Assembly (NCBI GenBank): GCA_030167145.1
Contig: CP126532.1
Span: 4,530,001 to 4,562,000 of the forward strand
DNA from: Ktedonobacterales bacterium
GTDB lineage: Bacteria > Chloroflexota > Ktedonobacteria > Ktedonobacterales > JADMIN01
Length of the DNA stretch: 32,000 nucleotides
Direction: 5' to 3'
How positions within the stretch are numbered: the stretch's first letter is position 1; each line of letters begins with the position of its first letter. The notes beneath the pieces were generated by a model. That model worked only from the letters and a program-made list of their open reading frames with translations. It did no database searches and was not told the origin of the DNA. The translations under genes and the position numbers were made by a program. Shown piece by piece: positions 1-7,614 of the stretch.

Positions 1-58
1 GGTCATACGCCTTGGGAATCTGGTCGAGGCGGCGTTCGGTCGCCGGTTCAGTTGTCAT
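1..58 (-). CDS. valS: valyl-tRNA synthetase, first 19 codons only (gene continues left of the window)
   Basis: The reverse complement of 1..58 reads ATG... = MTTEPATERRLDQIPKAYD(P). [L/I]PKAYDP is the typical ValRS N-terminal motif. A T-box leader with a candidate GUG specifier lies directly upstream. Confidence 0.5.
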   Translation of the reverse strand, partial: MTTEPATERRLDQIPKAYD

Positions 59-134
59 GCTCTCATCACCTCTCACACCAATATCGTCATCAAGAGCACA
101 CGCCGTGCGCCCATTCGACGCTACACGAAACACG

Positions 135-168
135 AAAAAAGCCTTCCCCGCCAAGGACGAGGGAAGGC
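135..168 (-). terminator. intrinsic terminator of the T-box expression platform
   Basis: The minus strand reads GCCUUCCC-loop-GGGAAGGC followed by UUUUUU (plus strand aaaaaagccttccc...gggaaggc). It lies about 75 nt upstream of the valS ATG. Confidence 0.8.
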
Positions 169-422
169 TCGTGGTGCCACCTTGATTCGTGGCGCGCGCA
201 CATCCGCATGTGGACGGCGCGGCCACCTCTTGGGCGCGATAACGGGCGCTCCCCGCGCGGCGCTACATTCCCATCCACGGATGGGGGTTCACGTCGCGGG
301 CGGCCAGGGCACTTCGGCTTCGCGGACCAAGGGGCGCTCGCAGCCAGTGGCGCTCCATCTCTTGCGGTCCGCCCTAACGCCTACTCCTCCTAGTCATTGC
401 CAGTACGTCTAATAGACTCGTA
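135..422 (-). promoter_or_regulatory. T-box riboswitch leader (tRNA-sensing transcription attenuator), probably Val-specific
   Basis: On the minus strand, AAUCAAGGUGGCACCACG (187..170) matches the conserved T-box sequence (..GGUGGNACCRCG). It overlaps the 5' arm of a terminator hairpin followed by a U-run. Stem I elements are present: AGAGA (362..358), a 7-bp helix GCGGACC/GGUCCGC, and an AGUA...GAA loop-E/S-turn pair followed by GUG (312..310). The first downstream gene is an aaRS. Confidence 0.8.
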
Positions 423-428
423 TCTCCC

Positions 429-458
429 AGTCTACCCTATGCTCGCGCGCTATGTCAA
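429..458 (-). promoter_or_regulatory. sigma70-type promoter for the T-box/valS transcript
   Basis: The minus strand reads TTGACA (458..453), an 18-nt spacer, then TAGACT (434..429). This sits just upstream of the predicted start of the leader. Confidence 0.5.
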
Positions 459-730
459 CCGAACGGCATATGCCCTTTCACTTTGATACAGTGCTTGGAC
501 TGCCGCATCCGCGAGAAGAGGGCTGCGGCGCATGGGCCTGACACATTGGCAAGGACCAGTTCAAGAGCCGTTCACAGGTGACCTGCACTAACGTGCGGGC
601 TACGCACGATGTGCCATGCGTGCGACGGCGTCTGCGTCGTATCATCGTCTCGTGCAAGCCATGCCGTCGCGACAGATCTCGTGGGGGCACCGCCCGCGAC
701 GCATACGACACGCTCGCGAGGAGAAACGCA

Positions 731-1330
731 ATGAGTGACTACTCGATTGTGAAGTTCCTGCATGTCAGTGGGGCCATTGGCTACTTCGTCGCTCTTGGCA
801 TCTTGCTCTTCGGGCTGGCGGCGCTCCGGCGCGCGCGGTCTGTCGAGCAGGTACGGATGCTCACCGAGCTTGTCGGGCGGGTGATACCTCTCTTCAACTT
901 CAGCATCCTGCTCCTGCTGGCCGCCGGACTCTACATGACCTTCACTTTCTGGAGTCTTCAGACGGGCTGGATCGCTGTCGCCCTCGTGAGCCTGGTGGTC
1001 CTCGTGCCCGTCGCCGCGATGACCGTCCAATCTCGCATGCGTATCATCGCCCGGCTTGCGCACGAGGCGCCCGATGGGCCGCTGCCCCCAGAGGTCCTCG
1101 CGCGCACCCACGATCCGGTCTTACTGACCACACCGCAGACAGCGATGGCGCTGCTGCTGGGCATCGTCTTCCTGATGACCAACAAACCGTCGCTCCCTGT
1201 GGCGCTCCTCGTGATGGCGCTCGCGCTGCTCCTCGGGTTGGCTTCAAGCGTACTCGTGGTTCGTACAATGGGCGCCTTCAGCCAGGAGGTGGCCGCTGAC
1301 GCAGCCCGCACCAGTGAGCCAGCGGGGTAG
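731..1330 (+). CDS. small integral membrane protein (about 4 TM, DUF2269-like)
   Basis: This is the in-frame ATG at codon 52 of ORF 578..1330, preceded by AGGAG. The product MSDYSIVKFLHVSGAIGYFVALGILLFGL... is dominated by hydrophobic helices. The upstream 51 codons are Arg/Cys-rich and not protein-like. Confidence 0.7.
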   Translation: MSDYSIVKFLHVSGAIGYFVALGILLFGLAALRRARSVEQVRMLTELVGRVIPLFNFSILLLLAAGLYMTFTFWSLQTGWIAVALVSLVVLVPVAAMTVQSRMRIIARLAHEAPDGPLPPEVLARTHDPVLLTTPQTAMALLLGIVFLMTNKPSLPVALLVMALALLLGLASSVLVVRTMGAFSQEVAADAARTSEPAG

Positions 1331-1350
1331 CTGACCAACCTGGCACTTCG

Positions 1351-2118
1351 TCAACGCGGCTGCATGCGAATCGCGCCATCCAAGCGGATCACCTCGCCGT
1401 TGAGCATCTCGTTCTCGATGATGTGGCGGGCGAGCGCGGCGTATTCGTCCGGGCGGCCCAGCCGCGAGGGGAAGGGCACCTGCTGCGCGAGGGATTGGCG
1501 CGCGGGTTCGGGCAGACCGGCCATCATGGGGGTGTCGAAGATGCCCGGCGCGATGGTCATCACCCGGATGCCGTTACGGGCGAACTCACGCGCGACGGGC
1601 AGCGTCATCGCGGCGACGCCGCCCTTGGATGCGCTGTAGGCGGCCTGGCCGATCTGGCCGTCAAAGGCGGCGACCGAAGCGGTGTTGACGATGACACCGC
1701 GCTCGCCAGCGGCATTCGGCTCGTTCTCGGCCATCGCTGCGCCCGCCAGCCGGATGACGTTGAAGGTGCCAATCAGGTTGACCTGGATCACTTTGGCGAA
1801 GGCGTCGAGCGGATGCGGGCCGTTCTTGCCGACGACGCGCTCGGCGATGGCGATGCCCGCGCAGTTGATCGCGCAGTTCAGCGCGCCGAATGTATCACGG
1901 GCGGTGTTGATGGCCTGGCGCACGCTGTCCTCGCTGGTCACGTCGGTCTGAGCGAAGCGCACGTTGCCGCCAAGCTCACTTGCGAGCGCTTCGCCGGTGG
2001 CCGCGTTCACGTCGGCGATGACCGCGCGGGCGCCCGCGCCCGCTAGCATGCGCACGCACGCCGCGCCCAGGCCGGAGCCTCCGCCGGTGACAAGAAACGC
2101 GCTGCCTTGAAGTTGCAT
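1351..2118 (-). CDS. short-chain dehydrogenase/reductase (3-hydroxyacyl-CoA dehydrogenase type-2-like)
   Basis: [20 protein letters not shown] carries the TGxxxGxG Rossmann motif. YSASKGG gives the catalytic YxxxK. The start is chosen at M20 of the ORF, with AGGAG 7 nt upstream. Confidence 0.9.
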   Translation of the reverse strand: MQLQGSAFLVTGGGSGLGAACVRMLAGAGARAVIADVNAATGEALASELGGNVRFAQTDVTSEDSVRQAINTARDTFGALNCAINCAGIAIAERVVGKNGPHPLDAFAKVIQVNLIGTFNVIRLAGAAMAENEPNAAGERGVIVNTASVAAFDGQIGQAAYSASKGGVAAMTLPVAREFARNGIRVMTIAPGIFDTPMMAGLPEPARQSLAQQVPFPSRLGRPDEYAALARHIIENEMLNGEVIRLDGAIRMQPR

Positions 2119-2206
2119 AGTGGTATGTCTCCTTTGGCGATGAGATAAGGGCATCCGGCCTATGTTATACACCATGTCGCGAGGTGAATGGTATCAGAGA
2201 GGGGTA

Positions 2207-2809
2207 TCAGAGGAAGGCGGGCAGCGGCATGAGCAGGGCAAAGGCCATGGTGGCGACGCCAACGGTCCAGCCCAGCAGCACCTGGCCGGGCGTGTGGCGC
2301 TTCAAGACGACGCGCGACCAGCCGACCAGCAGCGCCGCGATGGTGGCGATGACGGCGAGGCTGATATAGGGCACGGCGAGCCAGAGCAGTGTGGCGCTGG
2401 CAGCGGCGCCGGTGGCGTGCGCGCTGACCTTGTAGGTGAAGTTGATGAGACCGTTGACGACGTTGGCGAGCACCAGCGCGATGGCGGAGCGGGTGGCGAC
2501 CGGCGGCGCGTTGATGTGCGTGTAGACGAAGGCGAGCAGCGCCATGCACGCGATGCCGAAGGGGTAGAGCAGATAGCGCTGGCGGCGGACGCTGACGTCC
2601 AGATCCGTCCACTTGTGGCGTAGCACTTGAATGCCCACGAGCAGGGCGATGGGCAGCGTGGTGAGCACTATGGCCAGCGCGAGGTCATCCAGTGTGGTGC
2701 TGAGGGACGATGAGGCCGTGTAGATGGCGATGCCGAGAACAACAAGGGGGAAGGCGATGGGGTGAATGATAGCTGACACCCAGCGGGCGACCTCATAGCG
2801 GGTCGTCAT
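2207..2809 (-). CDS. PAP2-superfamily-like membrane protein (putative lipid phosphatase)
   Basis: The protein is multi-TM and carries KVSAHATG and SRVVLKRHTPGQV motifs resembling PAP2 C2/C3 boxes. The start is at M33 of the ORF (MTTRYEV), with GGAG upstream. Confidence 0.6.
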   Translation of the reverse strand: MTTRYEVARWVSAIIHPIAFPLVVLGIAIYTASSSLSTTLDDLALAIVLTTLPIALLVGIQVLRHKWTDLDVSVRRQRYLLYPFGIACMALLAFVYTHINAPPVATRSAIALVLANVVNGLINFTYKVSAHATGAAASATLLWLAVPYISLAVIATIAALLVGWSRVVLKRHTPGQVLLGWTVGVATMAFALLMPLPAFL

Positions 2810-3024
2810 TTTTAGCTCCGAATTCTCCAGATGCATCGCTGCACTTTTCCTCCATGCCACGCATGCGCGGGGACGGCAAGTCGTCTCGGCCATTGTATGG
2901 GCCACAGAAAGGGCATGTCAATGTACCGACGACTATATCCAACGGATCATTGATGGATGATAAGTGCCGATCGCGCTAATTCGAGGTAGCCATATGTCGC
3001 GAAAGACGATGCGATGGCAGATAG

Positions 3025-3255
3025 CTATCCTATCGGCTCCATGCGTTTCACCTGGCTGAGCCGCGCGGCAAAGGCGAACACCGCCAGCAGGTCATCGCGT
3101 TCGAGGTCTTCGTAGTCGGCAAGAATCTCTTCTATCGTCATGCCCGAACTCAAGAGTTCTAAAAGCATCTCCACTGGATAGCGCAAGCCACGGACAACTG
3201 GCTTGCCATGGTCAATCGCCGGGTCCATGGTGATACGGTCGAGTAGCTCAGACAT
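3025..3255 (-). CDS. DUF433 domain protein (antitoxin-like HTH)
   Basis: The 76-aa product has HGKPVVRGLRYPVEMLLELLSSGMTIEEILADYEDLERDDLLAVFAFAA, the characteristic DUF433 pattern. Confidence 0.8.
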   Translation of the reverse strand: MSELLDRITMDPAIDHGKPVVRGLRYPVEMLLELLSSGMTIEEILADYEDLERDDLLAVFAFAARLSQVKRMEPIG

Positions 3256-3324
3256 TGTCAGACCTTCACTCCAACGCCAGACACATTGGTCTGCCCTGGC
3301 GACATCATAGCCCGCTATATAGCT

Positions 3325-4416
3325 TCACATCCCCACGTACTTCGCATACACACTGCGGGCGACGGCGGGATCGTCGGTGCCCTTAATGATCGCGCGGGCA
3401 TCGGGGAAGAGCGTCACATCGTAGTTATCCACACGCAGGCGCAGCAGGAAGCCGTTGCTGGCGACCTCGCCGATGGCGCGCAGCCGCTCCGCCAGGGCAT
3501 CCAGGTCGAGCGTGCCCACGGTCCCGCGCGGCGGGCGCACCTGCACGGCGTTGCGGCCACAGAGCGAGACGCCGCTCTCGTCTATGGTGGCGTCGAGGTA
3601 GTCGTATTCGCCGCGACCACAGGCCGGGCAATCCTCCTGGCGCGGCAACTCGATGCGCTCGAAGGTGTTTTCCCACAGGTCCACCCAGGTCATGCCGCGC
3701 GCGAGCTTGTCGCTGCCCACCAGGAGCTTGAGCGCCTCGGTGGAGGCGATGCCGGCGATAGCGCCGACGATGCCATTGAGCACGCCCGCCGTGTCGCAGG
3801 TGGGCGTCGTGCCGGGGAGTGGGCGTTCGGGGAAGACGCAGCGCAAGCAGGCCGTATCGCGCGGCAGCACGTTCATCGTCACGCCGTAGCCCGCGATCAC
3901 GCCACTATAGATCCATGGGACGCTTGCGCGCAGGCAGGCGTCGTTGAGCAGGTAGCGTGTTTCGAAGTTGTCGGTGCCATCCAGCACGAGGTCCATGCCG
4001 TCCAGCAGCGCCTCGATGTTGTCGGCGGTGACATCGGTCATCAGCGGCTCGACGGTGATCAGGCTGTTCACGCGGCTCAGCGTCTGGGCGGCGGCGATGG
4101 CTTTGGGCATGCCGCGGCGCACATCCTCTTCATCGAAGAGCACCTGTCGCTGAAGATTGTTGCCCTCGACGTAATCGCGGTCGGCGATGCGCAGATGGCC
4201 CACGCCCGCGCGGGCGAGATTGTTGGCGAGCACCGTGCCCAGCGCGCCGCAGCCGACAATCAGCACACGCCCGCGCGTGATGCGCTCCTGGCCATCGCGG
4301 CGAATGCCCGCGAAGAGCGTCTGGCGGGCGTAGCGTTCGCTCGCGCTGAGGCTGCGCTCAGCGTGTGGATCGGCGTGCAGGTTGGTTTGGAGGGGAAGAA
4401 CGCGAGAATCGGCCAT
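3325..4416 (-). CDS. ThiF/MoeB-family E1-like adenylyltransferase with C-terminal extension
   Basis: RYARQTLF...VLIVGCGALGTVLANNLARAGVG is the Rossmann/ATP motif, and NLQRQVLF is also present. Cys pairs occur at TPTCDTAG and CPACG. The tail FPDARAIIKGTDDPAVARSVYAKYVG is typical of the Bacillus ThiF type. The start is at M45, with AGGAG upstream. Confidence 0.85.
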   Translation of the reverse strand: MADSRVLPLQTNLHADPHAERSLSASERYARQTLFAGIRRDGQERITRGRVLIVGCGALGTVLANNLARAGVGHLRIADRDYVEGNNLQRQVLFDEEDVRRGMPKAIAAAQTLSRVNSLITVEPLMTDVTADNIEALLDGMDLVLDGTDNFETRYLLNDACLRASVPWIYSGVIAGYGVTMNVLPRDTACLRCVFPERPLPGTTPTCDTAGVLNGIVGAIAGIASTEALKLLVGSDKLARGMTWVDLWENTFERIELPRQEDCPACGRGEYDYLDATIDESGVSLCGRNAVQVRPPRGTVGTLDLDALAERLRAIGEVASNGFLLRLRVDNYDVTLFPDARAIIKGTDDPAVARSVYAKYVGM

Positions 4417-4561
4417 GGCGATAGCTCCTGTATCCACCCAACGGTACGGCCTGAGTATAGGATTTTTGGGTGTACAGGCCGGGACGCTGTTGATATGTTG
4501 TACTGTATCACAACAGACTCCATGACCCAAATGAACTGCTGAGAGCATCCGAAATAGCTGC

Positions 4562-4590
4562 TTGGCGCGTGGCGCGGGCTATGGTACAAT
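4562..4590 (+). promoter_or_regulatory. candidate sigma70 promoter upstream of the receiver genes
   Basis: TTGGCG (4562..4567), a 17-nt spacer, then TACAAT (4585..4590), preceded by TGg (extended -10-like). It lies about 130 nt upstream of the 4721 ATG. Confidence 0.45.
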
Positions 4591-4720
4591 AGTATCCATA
4601 TCAACCACGCGGCGCGAGTATGAGGAACGCCATTCGGGCAGGCTGAAGGAACTGCAACGCCGGGGATAGCGTCTTAGAATATGCGGGCGGGGGCGGAACG
4701 GGTATCCTGGGGGGTGGCAC

Positions 4721-5230
4721 ATGTCTGGTTCGGCAGTGGAAAATCCGGAGAGCGGCGTGCGCTCTGCCTCCGGTGCGGTGGGTTCAGCGCAGAACAAAAA
4801 GGTGTTGGTGATTGACGATAATCCGACAATTGTTGAATTGATCCGGCATGCGGTGGGGCTACAGGGCAAGTATGACGTGGTGGTGGCCTATGACGGCGTG
4901 CAAGGGCTGGAGCGGTTCTATCACGAGCGGCCCGATTGCGTGATCGTAGACGTGAAGATGCCGCGCATGGACGGGTATCAGGTGGTGCGGTGCCTTCGCG
5001 GTGATAGCACTTCGGCGCATACGCCGCTCATTATTCTGAGCGCGATGTACGAGGAAGATGACCGGTTGACAGGTCTGCTTTCGGGTGTGGATGAGTATTT
5101 GCCCAAACCGTTCAAGCCCAGTGTGCTCTACGCCACACTGGAGCGCGTGATGCGGATCACGCCCGAAGAGCGCGAGCAGCGGATTCAGCAATTGGCCATT
5201 GCGGATAGCCCAAATAGTGGGGAGTCGTAA
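4721..5230 (+). CDS. single-domain response regulator (receiver only)
   Basis: Canonical CheY-like signature residues are present: KKVLVIDDNP..., VIVDVKMPRMDG (phospho-Asp), LIILSA and LPKPF (Lys). There is no output domain. Confidence 0.9.
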   Translation: MSGSAVENPESGVRSASGAVGSAQNKKVLVIDDNPTIVELIRHAVGLQGKYDVVVAYDGVQGLERFYHERPDCVIVDVKMPRMDGYQVVRCLRGDSTSAHTPLIILSAMYEEDDRLTGLLSGVDEYLPKPFKPSVLYATLERVMRITPEEREQRIQQLAIADSPNSGES

Positions 5231-5325
5231 CCTGGTTAGCTACTGCTCGTTACAGTAGACAAGGACGAGCGACTCAGAACAGATGTTCAGTGGGCCACTG
5301 GGGGTGCGGCGTGGCGGCGGAGAAG

Positions 5326-5751
5326 ATGGTTGAGGGGCGTATGCGAACTCAGCAACTGCGGGTGCTGGTCGTCGAGAGCAACGCCACAGCGCGCGAGCGG
5401 TTACATTCGGCGCTGGGCGATGGCTATTCGCTGCGCTTCGTCAGCGGGTCGAGCGAGGCGCTGACGGAGTTGCGCGATAATCCACCAGACCTCCTGGTAA
5501 GTGAAGTTGATCTGCCGGATGGCGACGGCCTGCGCCTCTGCGAACAGGTGCGCTCGCTGCCCAAGGCGGAACACTTGCCGATTATGCTGGTGACGGAGCG
5601 GGGCAGCATTCAAGATAAGGTGGCGGGCTTCCAGGCGGGCGCCGATGATTACGTGGTGAAGCCGGTAGATGTGCGCTTATTCCATGCGCGCGTGCGCCTG
5701 CTCTATCGCATCAAGGGTCTGGAATCACCAGAGCGTGACCGCGCATCGTAA
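5326..5751 (+). CDS. single-domain response regulator (receiver only), divergent acidic pocket
   Basis: LRVLVVESNA (ES where DD is usual), LLVSEVDLPDGDG, IMLVTE and VVKPV identify a receiver domain. The start is ambiguous between ATG 5326 and ATG 5341, and both have short GGAG-like motifs upstream. Confidence 0.8.
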   Translation: MVEGRMRTQQLRVLVVESNATARERLHSALGDGYSLRFVSGSSEALTELRDNPPDLLVSEVDLPDGDGLRLCEQVRSLPKAEHLPIMLVTERGSIQDKVAGFQAGADDYVVKPVDVRLFHARVRLLYRIKGLESPERDRAS

Positions 5752-5963
5752 GCGCGCGTATCTAGCCGCGCGGGTGATGCAACGGAATACGCGGCCTGAG
5801 CTTCGTTTCGCCTCTCATCAGAACACTTTTCGCATAGCGCGACTCATAAGTTCCATTGCCTCTCGCACACCGCGCATACCGTACATCCACTATTCTGGAC
5901 TTCACTTGCGCATATCCGCCAGAACTCGCGCCGAAATCCACACCGTGAATTTTCGCTCAGCTA

Positions 5964-5992
5964 TTTACGCCTGCGAGCAGACATGCTACACT
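5964..5992 (+). promoter_or_regulatory. candidate sigma70 promoter for the Nudix-4TM gene
   Basis: TTTACG (5964..5969), a 17-nt spacer, then TACACT (5987..5992). It lies about 60 nt upstream of the 6051 ATG, which has a GAGGAGG RBS. Confidence 0.4.
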
Positions 5993-6050
5993 CCACATGC
6001 ACCGCCTGCTATGGCTCTCGCGATTTGGCGCATTGTGAGGAGGATGGGTA

Positions 6051-7442
6051 ATGGAGGAGCGGACACGGAGCGAAGAAGTCTTCCACGGCAAGCTGATTCG
6101 GGTGCGCGTGGATACGCTGCCAGAACCAATTGGCGGTACACAGCGGTACGAGATCGTCGAACATCCCGATGCGGTGGCGATTGTCGCCGCTCAGCCAACG
6201 GCGGTCAATGGCGGGCCTGATAACTTTCAGGTGCTGATGGTGCGCCAGCAACGGCCAGCCGTCGGCAAAGACCTGTGGGAGATTCCCGCCGGGCTGGTGA
6301 ATCCCACTGATGGCGACCCCATGGTTACGGCTGCGCGCGAACTGCGCGAAGAGACCGGCTACGACGCCGACGTGTTGCAGATGCTGGCACGCGAGCTATC
6401 CTCACCGGGGTTTACTACCGAGGCCATCACCATCTTTCTGGCGACGGGCGTGCGCCCCGCGCCAGGGGCCATCGCCGGCCGCCCCACCGACACGACTGAG
6501 ATCGAACATGTGCAGTGGGTGCCGCTGGACGATGCGCTGCGCGCCTGCCAGAGCGGCGAGATTGTGGATGGCAAAACGCTGCTTGGCCTCGCGCTCGCCG
6601 CAAACGCACTGAAGAAATCATCCGGTTCCGCAAAGGGAGATAGTGCCGTGGACCCAACCAACGCGCCCAATGGCGCACCGATACTCGCCGATGACGATAG
6701 TACGGTCGCTGCCGCAGCCGGGGGTGGCATCAAAGCTGATACGACGCTGAAGCTCGAAACGATGCTGATGAACGAATTCAACTACGTGAGCGTCACGGCC
6801 TACCAGGCGCAGGAAGATCGCACGCGCATGTTCAATCTCTATCTGCTGCTGATTGGCGTGGTCGCGTCTGCACTTGGCGCGATCTACCAGTTCGGCCAGC
6901 AGCACGGCAATGAGACGACTTCGTTGCGCGGACTGGTGGTGTTACTTTTGGCTCTCGGTGGTGTGCTTGGCTTTATCTTTCTCGTCAACCTGGTCAGGTT
7001 CCGTCAGGCGTGGCGCCAGAGCGCGATTGCGATGAACACCATCAAGGAGTTCTATATTGAGCAGTTCAGAGCGCCGTTCCCCGACGTGGAAAAAGCCTTC
7101 GGTTGGCGTTTGAACACTATTCCCGCTGGTGAAAAGCTCGGCAACCCGACTACCGTTGTCTGCACCACCGTTGTCGTTCTGGGAAGCATCTGCCTTGCTG
7201 GCGCCACCTATGAAGCCTATGATCCGTGGCTGCAACCACTCATCGGCTCATTCGCTGGAGCATGGGAAGCCATCTTGTTCGTTTTTTTCATCGCTGTTTT
7301 CCTTCAGATGCTCTTCTTTTTCGTCGAGTTGCGTCATGGTAAAGATCGGAAGGCGAAGGCCGAAGTTTCTGCTCGATTTGGCTCAAGCGTAGAGGTATCT
7401 AGGTGGGAGAACGGGCAGCGGCTCCCTCCGAAATCCAAATAG
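6051..7442 (+). CDS. Nudix hydrolase (ADP-ribose pyrophosphatase-like) fused to a C-terminal 4-TM domain of unknown family
   Basis: The N-terminal part EEVFHGKLIRVRVDTL...EIVEHPDAVAIVA and the Nudix box GLVNPTDGDPMVTAARELREETGY (REx2EExGY intact) identify the Nudix domain. A low-complexity linker spans residues about 190-235. Four hydrophobic helices and the motif FGWRLNTIPAG follow. Confidence 0.85.
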   Translation: MEERTRSEEVFHGKLIRVRVDTLPEPIGGTQRYEIVEHPDAVAIVAAQPTAVNGGPDNFQVLMVRQQRPAVGKDLWEIPAGLVNPTDGDPMVTAARELREETGYDADVLQMLARELSSPGFTTEAITIFLATGVRPAPGAIAGRPTDTTEIEHVQWVPLDDALRACQSGEIVDGKTLLGLALAANALKKSSGSAKGDSAVDPTNAPNGAPILADDDSTVAAAAGGGIKADTTLKLETMLMNEFNYVSVTAYQAQEDRTRMFNLYLLLIGVVASALGAIYQFGQQHGNETTSLRGLVVLLLALGGVLGFIFLVNLVRFRQAWRQSAIAMNTIKEFYIEQFRAPFPDVEKAFGWRLNTIPAGEKLGNPTTVVCTTVVVLGSICLAGATYEAYDPWLQPLIGSFAGAWEAILFVFFIAVFLQMLFFFVELRHGKDRKAKAEVSARFGSSVEVSRWENGQRLPPKSK

Positions 7443-7614
7443 CGTCACTCCCGCTAATCCCAGGTGCGGGGCACAAAAAACGGCGAAGCGGGCCTATTCT
7501 TCCGGTTGATAGACAAACATGCAGTTCACGTGATCCATGCCGCATCATGGTAGCGCGGCAACGCTGATAAACTGACATACTGCGGGTACTTGACACCGAA
7601 AAGGAACGCCCACG

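Noticed and set aside
170-300. A hairpin ending in ...GGUGGCACCA on the minus strand first suggested a tRNA-like or tmRNA 3' end. GCCACUGG at about 343..350 first suggested a cobalamin riboswitch.
   Set aside because: There is no T-arm (GGUUCGAnUCC) or acceptor pairing as tmRNA would need. No B12-box context is present. The GGUGGCACCACG string, the overlapping terminator and the downstream aaRS fit a T-box leader far better.
4487-4517. The imperfect inverted repeat ctgttgata...tatcacaacag in the thiF/receiver divergent region, considered as an operator site.
   Set aside because: The arms need a 2-nt bulge and only about 9 bp pair. There is no second copy and no adjacent DNA-binding regulator, so the evidence is too weak to call.
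3286-4542. Long ORFs antisense to confidently assigned genes. Examples are 3286..4542 (+), 1423..2046 (+), 11088..12290 (+), 13555..14187 (-), 23676..24452 (+), 25623..26300 (+), 26744..27280 (+) and 29796..30791 (+).
   Set aside because: Their translations are Arg/Ala/Gly/His-rich and carry no motifs. They lie opposite genes with clear family signatures. This is the expected stop-codon-poor shadow-frame artefact of GC-rich DNA.
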